Below, piece after piece: positions 39,560 through 51,227 of a stretch of 63,784 nucleotides of DNA; the stretch's first letter is position 1, and each line of letters starts with the position of its first letter. Origin of the DNA: Octopus bimaculoides (taxonomy: Eukaryota); contig NC_068989.1 in assembly GCF_001194135.2 (NCBI RefSeq), forward strand, positions 40,610,992-40,674,775, read 5' to 3'. The notes below the pieces were generated by a model that saw nothing but the letters and a program-made list of their open reading frames with translations, had not been told where the DNA came from and made no database searches. Position numbers and translations under genes: made by a program.

Positions 39560-41088
39560 TTTAAGAGCTCGCATCTCTGGTTTAAAGCATTTTTATCCTG
39601 GAACAGGATGAAGAACTTTTATGAGAGACAATGATTACATTTCATAGGGCTTTTATAAGCTCCATGTCTGTATGCTGATGCTTTTTCTAGAATTTCCCAG
39701 GTTACACTGAAAGGACGGGTTTCGTTCTCTTTCAATTCCCAGACATGTTTTGCAAGACTTGTCGTTGTCCTGTTCTCGAGGTATCGGAAAGAATTTCGGT
39801 GGGAATATAATCGAGTCATGAATGAATTTTCCGAAGCCGCTGTATATGTTTTATATTCTTGCCAGCCATTTACTTGCACTTGGCTCTTTTCCTTCCAACA
39901 AACAGCAAGTCTTATCTTTGAAGCTGCAGTTCCTCAGATTAGATTCGGCATTGTAGTTGTCTGTAATAATTTTCGTGTTGTGCTGGCTAATGAAAAAGGC
40001 GAGGTTTTTGCAACAAAAATAGCTAACCTTCAGTATTCTGCCATTACAATGCTCAGAAACTAATTTTAAGAATTCCCTACCTATATTTGTTTTTACGGCA
40101 ATATTAAATGCAGGGTTAAACCACAAAACTTTCCTAGTTTTACTTCTACGTGGTCTATTATTGCTAGAATTAAATGAACTATACTGGATCTTCTCCGAAA
40201 ATCCACTTTTCCTTAATGCATTGTTGTAATACGGCGCAGCATTTTGAAATGCTGTCTTATCTGAAGAAATTAATGAAATTCGCCTTCCTACATTACTGAC
40301 TAGGTCCTTACGAATTACGGGTGGATGATTAGATTCTTTGCTAATATAACATAGCTTTTCGTTGAGCTTACGATAGAGTTTAAATTTATCTGATTGTGAA
40401 TCTAAGTTGATATCTAAAATCTATGCTTTTAAGGTTCCTTTCTATCGTAATCCGTAAGCCCATTTTTGGAAGAAAGTAATCAGATTCTTTCTAAGGTTAC
40501 CTATGATTGTCATCCCTGTTTAATCTTGCATCTATAAAAGGGAATTCTAGATGCAGATTATGCAAAATATAAGTTCCTATAAGCATACATAACTCCGCCC
40601 CATCATATGATATGCCCCCATCGGTACATCGAAAAGAGAATCCTCACTCATTTTGACCCAGGTGGAATCCTCGTTAAAAGGAAGGGATTTCCTTGCATGA
40701 AAGATAATATCTATTTCCGAGCTATCAATGGTGACATACTTGGCGAACTCTAATACTTTTAGAAGCAAAGGCCTAGATATTGACGGGTAAAATTCGACAA
40801 TATCAAACTACGTAAATTTGCAGTTATTCTTATGGCTAATCCCAATGAACCAATCTATCACTGTCTTACTATTTTTCCAAAACCGCAAATTTAAATCTCT
40901 ATTTAACTTGCTTAAAATACGATTTAAAATATATTTGCTAATCATGCCTATTTCAGTTTTAGCTGGGTTAATTAGTCTACATTTAGGGTTTCTATTGAAA
41001 TTAGCTTTCTGGTCTTTTAGGGTAATAAAGGGTTGGCGTAGGGGGAGGTATTCTATCCTATCACTAGCTTTAACGTCGTTAGCATTGT
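39560..41088 (-). mobile_element. Penelope-like retroelement remnant (RT and GIY-YIG-type endonuclease)
   Basis: Minus frames: FITLKDQKANFNRNPKCRLINPAK; FDIVEFYPSI; FDVPMGAY; WFNPAFNIAVKTNIGREFLKL; YTAASENSFMTRLYSHRNSFR..SLAKHVWELK..CNHCL. Multiple frameshifts. Confidence 0.85.
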
Positions 41089-41089
41089 A

Positions 41090-41447
41090 TATATCTGTGT
41101 GTGTGTGTGTGTGTGTGTGTGTATGAATATATATGTATATACCTGTGTGTGTGTATGAATATATATGTATATACCTGTGTGCGTGTATGAATATATATGT
41201 ATATACCTGTGTGCGTGCATGAATATATATGTATATACATGTGTGTATATGAATATATATATGTATATACATGTGTGTATATGAATATATATATGTATAT
41301 ACATGTGTATGTATGAATATATATGTATATGCATGTGTGTGCATGAATATATATATATGTATATACCTGTGTGTGTGTACGAATATGCATGTATATATCT
41401 CTGTGTGTACGAATATATATGTATATACCTGTCTGTGTGTGTGTGTA

Positions 41448-41487
<40 letters not shown>

Positions 41488-42900
41488 TATATAATGTANN
41501 NNNNNNNNNNNNNNNNNNNNNNNNNNNNNNNNNNNNNNNNNNNNNNNNNNNNNNNNNNNNNNNNNNNNNNNNNNNNNNNNNNNNNNNNNNNNNNNNNNNN
41601 NNNNNNNNNNNNNNNNNNNNNNNNNNNNNNNNNNNNNNNNNNNNNNNNNNNNNNNNNNNNNNNNNNNNNNNNNNNNNNNNNNNNNNNNNNNNNNNNNNNN
41701 NNNNNNNNNNNNNNNNNNNNNNNNNNNNNNNNNNNNNNNNNNNNNNNNNNNNNNNNNNNNNNNNNNNNNNNNNNNNNNNNNNNNNNNNNNNNNNNNNNNN
41801 NNNNNNNNNNNNNNNNNNNNNNNNNNNNNNNNNNNNNNNNNNNNNNNNNNNNNNNNNNNNNNNNNNNNNNNNNNNNNNNNNNNNNNNNNNNNNNNNNNNN
41901 NNNNNNNNNNNNNNNNNNNNNNNNNNNNNNNNNNNNNNNNNNNNNNNNNNNNNNNNNNNNNNNNNNNNNNNNNNNNNNNNNNNNNNNNNNNNNNNNNNNN
42001 NNNNNNNNNNNNNNNNNNNNNNNNNNNNNNNNNNNNNNNNNNNNNNNNNNNNNNNNNNNNNNNNNNNNNNNNNNNNNNNNNNNNNNNNNNNNNNNNNNNN
42101 NNNNNNNNNNNNNNNNNNNNNNNNNNNNNNNNNNNNNNNNNNNNNNNNNNNNNNNNNNNNNNNNNNNNNNNNNNNNNNNNNNNNNNNNNNNNNNNNNNNN
42201 NNNNNNNNNNNNNNNNNNNNNNNNNNNNNNNNNNNNNNNNNNNNNNNNNNNNNNNNNNNNNNNNNNNNNNNNNNNNNNNNNNNNNNNNNNNNNNNNNNNN
42301 NNNNNNNNNNNNNNNNNNNNNNNNNNNNNNNNNNNNNNNNNNNNNNNNNNNNNNNNNNNNNNNNNNNNNNNNNNNNNNNNNNNNNNNNNNNNNNNNNNNN
42401 NNNNNNNNNNNNNNNNNNNNNNNNNNNNNNNNNNNNNNNNNNNNNNNNNNNNNNNNNNNNNNNNNNNNNNNNNNNNNNNNNNNNNNNNNNNNNNNNNAAT
42501 ATATATGTATATACCTGTGTGTATATGAATATATCTGTATATACCTGTGCGTGTATGAATATATATGTATATACCTGTGTGTATATGAATATATATGTAT
42601 ATACCTGTGTGTGTGTACGAATATATGTATACACCTGTGTGTGAGTACGATTATATATGGATATACCTGTGTGTATGTGTACGAATATGCATGTATACAC
42701 CTGTGTATGTGTACGAATATGCATGTATACACCTGTGTGTGCGTATGAATATATATGTATGTACCTCTGTGTGTGTGTATGAATATATATGCACATGTGT
42801 GCACCTTCGAGTGCTCTATGCGTGTGTGCGTATGTACCTTTACGTGTGTATATGTGTGTGTGTGTTTATATATCCTTATATATAATTATGCTCGTGTGTC
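41090..42900. repeat. ~30-34-bp minisatellite (gaatatatatgtatatacctgtgtgtgtgtat) spanning a 1-kb N gap
   Basis: The same unit is repeated on both sides of the gap 41499-42497. Confidence 0.9.
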
Positions 42901-43029
42901 TTACATATATTTACGCTATGTTCGCGCTAAATCTAACATTTTGCATAGAAGGAAATGGAAATACTGTATCCTATTCAAAAGTAAGAGTAGTTTTAAAATC
43001 AAGAAAATATCATCTAGAATATGGTTGGG

Positions 43030-43400
43030 AGATAACTGTGTACTCAGTGTAGCTGCCCTCATCTTCCACCACGGCCTCAAGACAACTCCAAGCACTGGCT
43101 TTTTTCACTCCGTCCCTGAGATCTTCGAACACCACCATGGTTTTGGCTACCAGCTCGTCCTAGCTGTTGCAAACAGAGGAGTTATTGTCTTTCTCAACCG
43201 CACCCCACACATAATAGTCCATGATATTATAATCGGGATAATTGGGAGGCCAGAAATTTGGTTTGGTGAAGACTTATAAAAAATCCTTCGGCAAACACTT
43301 CTGACTCTTTCCGGAGGTATGGCAAGAAGCCTCCATGTCAGCTAACTTTTTCTCAACTAACTCTAATCTTTTATGGCCTCCAACACTGTTGAATGTTCAT
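43030..43400 (-). mobile_element. Tc1/mariner (maT/DD37D-like) transposase 3' fragment
   Basis: Minus frame PNFWPPNYPDYNIMDYYVWGAVEKDNN..DELVAK..LEAVVEDEGSY. Confidence 0.8.
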
Positions 43401-43639
43401 TAAAACATGAAGCTGTCCCTGAAAGATCAAAAAACATGAAACTTGTTAAACTTATCCCAAACAACGTGTAAATACATACTTTTGTGTATAGATATGTATA
43501 TATAACTTTATGCATGTTTATGTGTAATATTTATATATACCCTTACGCATGTGTAAATTTATGTATATATACCTTTATGCATGTTTGTCTGTGTATATGT
43601 ACCTTTGTGTGTGTGCGTGTGTACGTTTGTTTTTGAAAA

Positions 43640-44720
43640 AATCTGTTATATTGCATCAACCTGGAGAATTAGTCAGTGCACTTCAGATACTGGTTAAGAG
43701 TAGATTTCTTAAAGTGTTGACTTATTTTGAGTGTCTGGGTACCATGGTATATGATGGAAATCTAGACGCAGAGATCACTTCTACTCAAAGGCAGCAAAAG
43801 CCTTTGGCAGCCTAGAATCTGAAGTCTTGCCACAGTGTCATATCAGAGTTGACAGAAATATCAACTAATATGTCTCATATTGTCTGTCAGTGTTGTTGTA
43901 TATTGTTCTCAGACGCGAACAATATACATGAGTTGTGAAAGATTTCACCAAAATTGTCTCCGCCACCTACTCAAAATAAGGTAGTACTCATTCTTGACAC
44001 TGAAGTTATTGAAGTTAGAATCACATCGGCCCAAGCTATGCTTATTAAGTGTCAACTACGATGTACAAACCATCTCATCTGTATGTATATGAGCAATTCT
44101 CAAACAAACGCTTTATGGTGTACTTATGCCAGAAAACAGAAAAAAATTGTAAGCTGAAGAAAGGATACAGTGTTACTTTTCTACTCTTTCACTTGTTTGT
44201 CATATGACTGCGGCCATGCTGGGGCACCGCCTTTAGTAGAGCAAATCGCCCCCAGAACTTATTCTTTGTAAGCCTAGTACTTATTCTATCGGTGTCTTTT
44301 GCCGAACAGCTAAGTTACGGGGACGTAAACACACCAGCATCGGTTGTCAAGCGGTGTTGTGGGGGGCAAACACAGACACACAAATACACACACATATACA
44401 TATATACGACGGGATTCTTTCAGTTTCCGTCTACCAAATCCACTCACAAGGCTTTGGTCGGTTCGAGGCTATAGTAGAGGACACCTGACCAAGGTGCCAC
44501 GCAGTGGGACTGAACCTGGAACCATTTGGTTGGTAAGAAAGCTACTTACCACACAGCCACTCCTGCGCCTATTCTGTAAAATCAAATTTGAAATGCCTTA
44601 AATTATGTTACATCACTTATCTTGCATCATTTGCAGCAGATAGGGAAGCGTGGAGATCTACAATATGGAGTTGTATTAAATATTCTGAGCTCAACAGAGC
44701 TCAAATGAAAAGAAAATCCC
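43640..44720 (+). mobile_element. RTE LINE 3' fragment interrupted by a SINE
   Basis: YFECLGTMVYDGNLDAEITS; AMLIKCQLR; after the SINE, AADREAWRSTI. Confidence 0.7.
44170..44570 (-). mobile_element. Full-length tRNA-derived SINE with internal (TA/TG)n tract
   Basis: Head aggcgcaggagtggctgtgtggtaagtagc..ggttcagtccc, core caccttgg, microsatellite, then 3' module ending aaacaagtgaaaga. Confidence 0.85.
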
Positions 44721-45779
44721 ATAAAGATGAGATTAAATCAATATCGTTGAAAGAGTTTCTCATTTCTTTTTATAATGTATTAGCCGGGTTGTAGACATAT
44801 GAATCTACTTACAGACATACTCNNNNNNNNNNNNNNNNNNNNNNNNNNNNNNNNNNNNNNNNNNNNNNNNNNNNNNNNNNNNNNNNNNNNNNNNNNNNNN
44901 NNNNNNNNNNNNNNNNNNNNNNNNNNNNNNNNNNNNNNNNNNNNNNNNNNNNNNNNNNATATATATATATATATATATATATACATATCCACACATAAAT
45001 ATAGATGCATATAAGCATAGGTATATACGTGTGTGTCTATACATGTATATGTGTGTGTATGTGTACATATCTACACACAAATGCCTATACAAACACATAT
45101 ATGTACCTATATTCGTACACAAGTATGCATACCTATGTATAATGGTAGTTGTGTGTGTGTGTGTGTGAAGCAAATATATAAATTATAAACTAAATAGGCC
45201 AAGATAAGTGAATGGAAACAAAAGTCAAGATTGAAATATTTACTAAAACCTCGACTTCACTCTCTTTTCGCATCAATATATCTTGCCTTTTATGAAAATA
45301 GATTGATACTCTAAGATGTAAAAATATAAACTAGAAAGATTTGATGTGTTTCTTCTCTGTAATTATTATTTTTTTTTCTGTAGAGGAAACGTGATCACTT
45401 TATTACGGCAGCGGGATATAAATTAGTTGCCCATAAAACTTAATTTCAGTTTGCATGTTCCCCTTCACAGTCACTCAATCATTAATCATTAATGGTATCA
45501 CTCGCTCAATCATTAATCATCAATGGTATTACTCGGGAAACAATTTATATGCCTGCACCCTTTTACACTCGCACGTTCATTCAAACGGTGTATACATAGA
45601 AATAATTATATCTAAATATGTGTACGCACACGCGCGCGCGATTCTGTTATCTGAGCCTGAACGCGTCAAGTTTCTGTTAGAAGCCTTCGAAACAATGATG
45701 TCGTCCTTTATTTACGTGTATACATGTATACATATTGTATATCAAACCCAAGGAGTTTTGTTCATTTGCATTATTGTTT

Positions 45780-46340
45780 GTCTCTACATATGTACATGTA
45801 CGTATGTGTATATACATATTGATGGATGGATGCATGCATGTATTCGTATTTACATATGGATGGATATATTCATGTATATATACAGATGGATGTATAAATG
45901 TGCATATACGCATGGGTGTATAGATATGCATATACACATGGATGGATGTATGTGTATATACACATGGATGTATGTATGTATGTATTCGTGTATGTGTATA
46001 TACGTATGTATGCATATATGTGTGTATACGTATGCATGTATGTGTATATACGTATGTATGCATGTGCATATACGTATGTATGCATGTGCATATACGTATG
46101 CATGCATGTGCATATACGTATGCATGCATGTATGTACATATACGTATGTATGCATACATGTATGCATACATATACGTATGTATGCATACATGCATGTATA
46201 CGTATGTATGCATACATGTATGTGTATGTATGCATGCATGCTTGTGTATGTACGCACGTATGCAAGTGTATATGCGCATGTATGCATGCGTATATACCTA
46301 TGTATGCGTGTATGTATGTTTGTGCATATACGTATATAGT
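45780..46340. repeat. Degenerate (TATG/CATA/TACG)n microsatellite field
   Basis: Direct reading. Source of several spurious long ORFs. Confidence 0.9.
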
Positions 46341-47793
46341 GTCTCTCTACCAGCACGTGCATTACTTCCTCCTGAATGTCTCTAAAAAAACGGGGAAATA
46401 CATCGAAATAACCAAAGATTGAATTGTCTCTGAATGAACTACTATGTAGGATAAAATTAATATATTGCACAAAAGAATTTTCTCCGAAAATTTGAGTTTT
46501 AAATAATGTATTTAAGTTTTCCGACAAACTCTCGTGTTTACAAACTTTTCAAAATATAGTTTTAGCTTCCAGTTACATGGTAGCGTTTGCTTTTTTTATA
46601 TTATTAACGTTGACAATCTTATGTGTGCAATTGTTGTTTAATTAATTATTGGAAGTTAGTAGATAGCGTATTCTTAAAGTAAGCTTAGTTTTAGTTATTT
46701 ACTTGTTCGACATTATTGCGTATGAGATAAATATAACAAGGAATAAACCTGATATCTTTTGTTGTAAACAAATAGACTACATGTTTTTCAGGCATTTTCA
46801 GACGAAGCACAATAATTTCACGAATTGAAAACGGAGATCTTAAATCGTTTTCTTTACGTCTACAGAAGATTTCAAGAAACCAAATCTACAAGCACAAATC
46901 GTAAATCATTGGTGAACATAGATCAAATTGGAACCATAACCTGAAAAGTTATGCTGATATCTTTATTTATTTATTTATTTATTTATTTCCCTTTATTTTT
47001 ATTTTCCCGTCGGAGATACCTATCGGTTTAGGTTCACCTCGCACAATTATTTTCCTCTCACTCACACTCTGATTCTTCTTCTCTCAACTCCCTCTCTCTC
47101 CCTCTCTGTGTCTGCGCGCCCGCATATATTTGTTTCCACACACAGAGTATACATTTAAAAGTATATATCTGTAGACATATTTACGTGCTTGCATATGTAC
47201 GGAAGTACATACATATAGATCTTCCGGGTGAGATTCTTTGTCTATATCTCTCTTCGTATAAGCTTACGTTTGTGTAGATATACACACTCACACACACACA
47301 CAAATTTTTGCATATACAACTCCCAGCTTACCTAAATGTGGGTGTCCCAGTGAAACCTCCAAAAGGAAAGAAGAAACTTTGGAGTAACACCGAAGATGTC
47401 CAATGTAGGCAAAAGAAATATCGGGTATAAAAGGAGATATATACGCAGATTTTACCTGCTAGGTAACTACTGGCATGGAGAAGATGGCACAAACTATCAT
47501 TTTGTACATCAAAAGTGCTGCCAAAATTGCATGGATCTAAATCAGGACTTTTTTCCAGGAGGAGGACAAAGAAGAAGTTGCACTTTGTCTGCTCTTAAAA
47601 GACGATATGCAAGCATACTTCCTGCTACTGCAAACTGCTAATTTCGCCTAAATGTGAAAATAGTAGCAGCAGGACAAAAACATATTTTGTACATATAGTA
47701 GCTGACGTAGCTACGGCAAGCAAAGGCTTGGAACCACGCAAGGCGGCGAGCTGGTAGAAACGTTAGCACGCCGGACGAACTGCTTCGCGGTAT

Positions 47794-49408
47794 AACGGCT
47801 CTGTGAATTATTGTGAATACGGTTGTGTTATTTGGGAAAACTGTCTCTTGTGATTTTTGGGGAATTGTTACGGTTACGTTTCACGTGAGCTGCTGCATTT
47901 TTTCCCAGCTATGGCGAATAGTAGTGTCTCCAGTATGGAGAGCTACGCCAAAGCTACTGCGGTGAGGAAGCCAGTGCCGCTAGAAACCAAGTTAATCAAG
48001 TTGGATATGGAGGAGGTGACCAGAAGCAGGAATTTGATAGAAGTTGAGAGAGACTCATACAAATTGTGTCCCCCAAAAGAGACTAAAGTAGAAAAAATTC
48101 TGAGGACAGTTGTGCATCGTACACAGGCTGTCGAAACCTGTAAAATTGAAATGGTGACGGAAGAGGAAATCGAGGAGTGCCTGGGTGAAATTGTCAATGA
48201 AGCCACGTACATCAACAGAGGAAGAAAGTTCGGTACGGTAGAGGTTGGGTTTGCCACCATAGAAGAGACAACCAAACATGCGACCAATATTTTAAGAAAT
48301 ACAAAAATAGGATTACTACCAAGTTATAGAGGAAGAAGAAGTGTGAGAATACGTATTCCGAGAGTGCCACCAGAAATTAAGCCGGAGTAGTTGGTTGCAA
48401 CAGTGCTAGCTTCAACCAAGGAGGAGCCGGAATTGGGACCAGTGGCGAAATCAAAAGTGTGCAAATGGTGGGGATTTGGACTCGAAATGTGGCTTTTTGC
48501 CACATTCGAGGACATAGAAAGAATTCCCTACCAGATAGAAGTGGAGGACGAGAAAACGTTAAATGTAGTAGTCGAGGGAAGAAAATCAAATTGTTATATA
48601 TGCGGGGAGAGAGGTCATATAAAGACCAAATGCCCCCTATATGAGTTGCCACAGCAAGAGAAAGCACAAACAGAGGAGGAAATAATTGTAGACCACACTG
48701 CGGAAATAAAAGAGAGACAGAAGTGTGAAACAGAGAAAACAAAGGAGAAGAACGAAAATGGAGCTACTAACCCTAAAAAGCGAAGGAAAAATAAGTCAAA
48801 GAAACGGTCAACAGAAAACAAAAAAGAGATAAAAAAGCCAGAAACTAATAATGTACAAGAAGAGGAGGAGAGAACGGATAAAGATGTGAAATAGAAGGGG
48901 GTTTTGATAAAGTACGAGAATTGCGAGCAGATGGAGAGATAAGTCGAGAAGTTGCAGGAAGCAATAACAGTGAAAATTCCCGAGAAATGTGCTGAGAAAT
49001 GCATTATGATACAAGAGAGAAACTTCTGGGAGTACATAAAAGAACTTGGGGAAAATTTAATAACGAAACGGGTATGGTTGGTGGAGACACCACCCCCTAG
49101 AACTGATTATTTGCAGTTGTTAAAGACGGACGTAACCATGATTAATGGAAGAAAGGTAACGCGAGTGTTTGAATTTTTTGAGGTACAAAACCGTTAAAAT
49201 GTTTACATGACGTTGAACGTAAAAAAGTGAAAAACTGGATAAATGTAACCACCCGATCGAGTGTTCATTGCGCCTCATTTTTTTTCATTCTTGCATATTA
49301 TCATTTTATTTTAATTACCCCGATTTTATGTTTGCGTTTTGTACGGTCTTTATGTTTTGTGATGTCTTAAAAATTCTTTGTATAGCCCTTTATGGGTAAT
49401 AAAGAAAT
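47794..49408 (+). mobile_element. ORF1-only retroelement copy C (subfamily I, 1615 bp)
   Basis: Single frame 47911-49197 (429 codons, three in-frame stops): SYAKAT, NRGRKFGTVEVGF, LLPSYRGRRSVRIRIPRVPPEI, VEGRKSNCYICGERGHIKTKCP, K/E-rich C-terminal region. TSD cggtat at 47788-47793 and 49409-49414. Confidence 0.92.
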
Positions 49409-49543
49409 CGGTATTCGTCTGCTGTTACGTTCTGAGTTCAAATTCCGCCGAGGTCGACTTTGCTTTTCATCCTTTCGGGGTCGACTTTGCTTTTCATCCT
49501 TCCGGGGTCGATAAATTAAGTACCAGTTACGCACCAGATTTTA

Positions 49544-49660
49544 TGAGGGGTGCTGAAAAGTTGTTGGCTTTGAGTAAAAAGAATCAAATAATTATGATTT
49601 TATTCAACATATTCCCCTCTCAGATTTACACAACTATTGCAGCAGTACTTCAGTTTTATA
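49544..49660 (+). mobile_element. 5' fragment of a mariner-type MITE inside the SINE
   Basis: Near-identical to 50426-50541. TA at both ends. Confidence 0.75.
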
Positions 49661-50425
49661 ATCGACTTAATTCCTTTGTCTGTCCTTGTTTGTCTCCTGT
49701 ACGTTTAGCCCCTTGTGGTCAATGCAGAAATAAGTTGACAGATACAGGGGTGGCCACTACTAACATCCACACAGGCGTCACGCCAATATTTCTAGTAAAC
49801 ATCGGCACCGGATTTATCTACCAGCTGTAGATCAAACTATATGGTATGAATGGTTGAGCAGCGGGTTCTAGGACGTGCATTGTCCTTATAATATAATTGC
49901 ACAAACGTATCAAATGTGAGCAGACACCCTTATCATATCGTTTTATCTAATGCGAACACTATTTGGTGCTTCAAACTTGCTAATGTATTCTGCATAATAC
50001 CATTATTTCGTTTCCCAAAATGGCTCTTTCAAAAATGATGCCGTCTATTTGTTTTTGAGATGTCTATTTAAATGGATTATGGTGGATTGCTGTCTACTTC
50101 AAAACAACATTCTGGTTGAGAAGGATTTATAAAGCATCGAATATTTAAAATATATGCATATGTAGAATGTTATATGTATTTACTTTTATTAACGGATTAT
50201 TATATTGCAAATGTGTTACTTTGTTCTTATTTCAATCTTTCTTGAACATCAATATTTCAGTCACAGCAATATTTATATAATATGGTTCTGAAAACAATGT
50301 ATATGTATTGATAATCAGTTAGAATTATAAGTGGGTTTTTTTTTTTTACATATGCTTCCTAATTATATATTTTTCCCCTATTTCCCTGTTTTAAATAGAT
50401 CATCATTAATAGGATTTCATTTTAA

Positions 50426-50629
50426 TGAGGGGTGCTGAAAAGTTGTTGGCTTTGAGTAAAAAGGATCAGTTAATTATGATTTTATTCAACATATTCCCCT
50501 CTCAGATTTACACAATTATTGCAGCAGTACTTCAGTTTTATAAGCTCTGTAAAAGAACTTGGATGGTTGGGCCTTCAACCAGCTCTTTCACGACACCCTT
50601 AAAGCCAGGAACGTTTCAGCACCCCCCTC
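50426..50629. mobile_element. ~200-bp mariner-type MITE
   Basis: TIRs tgaggggtgctgaaaagtt and ggaacgtttcagcacccccctc. Confidence 0.75.
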
Positions 50630-50808
50630 TGGAATTAAAACAAAAGATAGGATTGTAGTAGAGCCTGAGAACCACAGCAACAGCAAATATTCACTATAGA
50701 AGAATAACTTTTAACGTTGTTATATTTTCAGATCCCACTGAAATTCTATAAAACTTCATAATAAAAAGAGCAAAGCAGAAAACAGAAATTTCATTATCAA
50801 AACTGAAA

Positions 50809-51227
50809 ATGAATTTGACAGCCGGTGAATATTCGGACATTTACCAAGGTGGAATGTATGATTACAGTTATGATCTTTATTTCTACGAGGACCTCGAAAA
50901 GTTGAGACTTCCTGGAGTGCAAGAATCTTACTTCTGTTTAACAGTCACAGTTTACAGTTTAACATTTTTACTCGGATTACTGGGAAACTCGTTGGTGATT
51001 TTTGCCGTGTGTGGCGATCGCAAGCCACGTAGTGTAACATCTTTATTCATGGTTAGTCTTGCCGTTGCTGATTTGATGTTTATACTGGTGTGCACACCTT
51101 ATGAATTGGTACGTTATTTCAAACCGCACGCAGAGGGTGGAGCACCAGTTTGCAAATTAGCATCCTTTGTGGATATGCTGTCAGCAGTTGCCTCCATTTT
51201 GAACTTGACATCAATTAGTGTCGAGAG
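50809..51227 (+). CDS. First coding exon of a rhodopsin-class (class A) peptide-receptor-type GPCR: N-terminus, TM1-TM3
   Basis: Intact ORF with LGLLGNSLVI (TM1 GN), FMVSLAVADL (TM2 LAxAD), conserved Cys at the TM3 start, and SISVER. Acceptor ttttcAG at 50731. Donor AG|GTAAGT at 51227/51228 (phase 2 inside the ERY motif). The ligand family cannot be assigned by eye. Confidence 0.93.

Larger units (their letters stand above)
47740..49734 (+). mobile_element. SINE split into head (47740-47793) and body/tail (49409-49734) by copy C and a mariner MITE fragment
   Basis: Joining the parts restores the sequence seen uninterrupted at 59928-60155. Confidence 0.9.

Noticed and set aside
45455-46527. 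ORFs of 130-294 aa rich in Y/M/C/V/H/I/T
   Set aside because: Translations of a TATG/CATA microsatellite; no domain signal.
47090-47470. Possible GPCR promoter or untranslated first exon (CT-rich tract, AG|GTAACT near 47461)
   Set aside because: Plausible but not supportable without transcript data.
47911-49197. Copy C ORF as a host zinc-knuckle gene or retroviral gag
   Set aside because: Three in-frame stops, multiple dispersed paralogues with TSDs, and no LTRs or PBS of its own.
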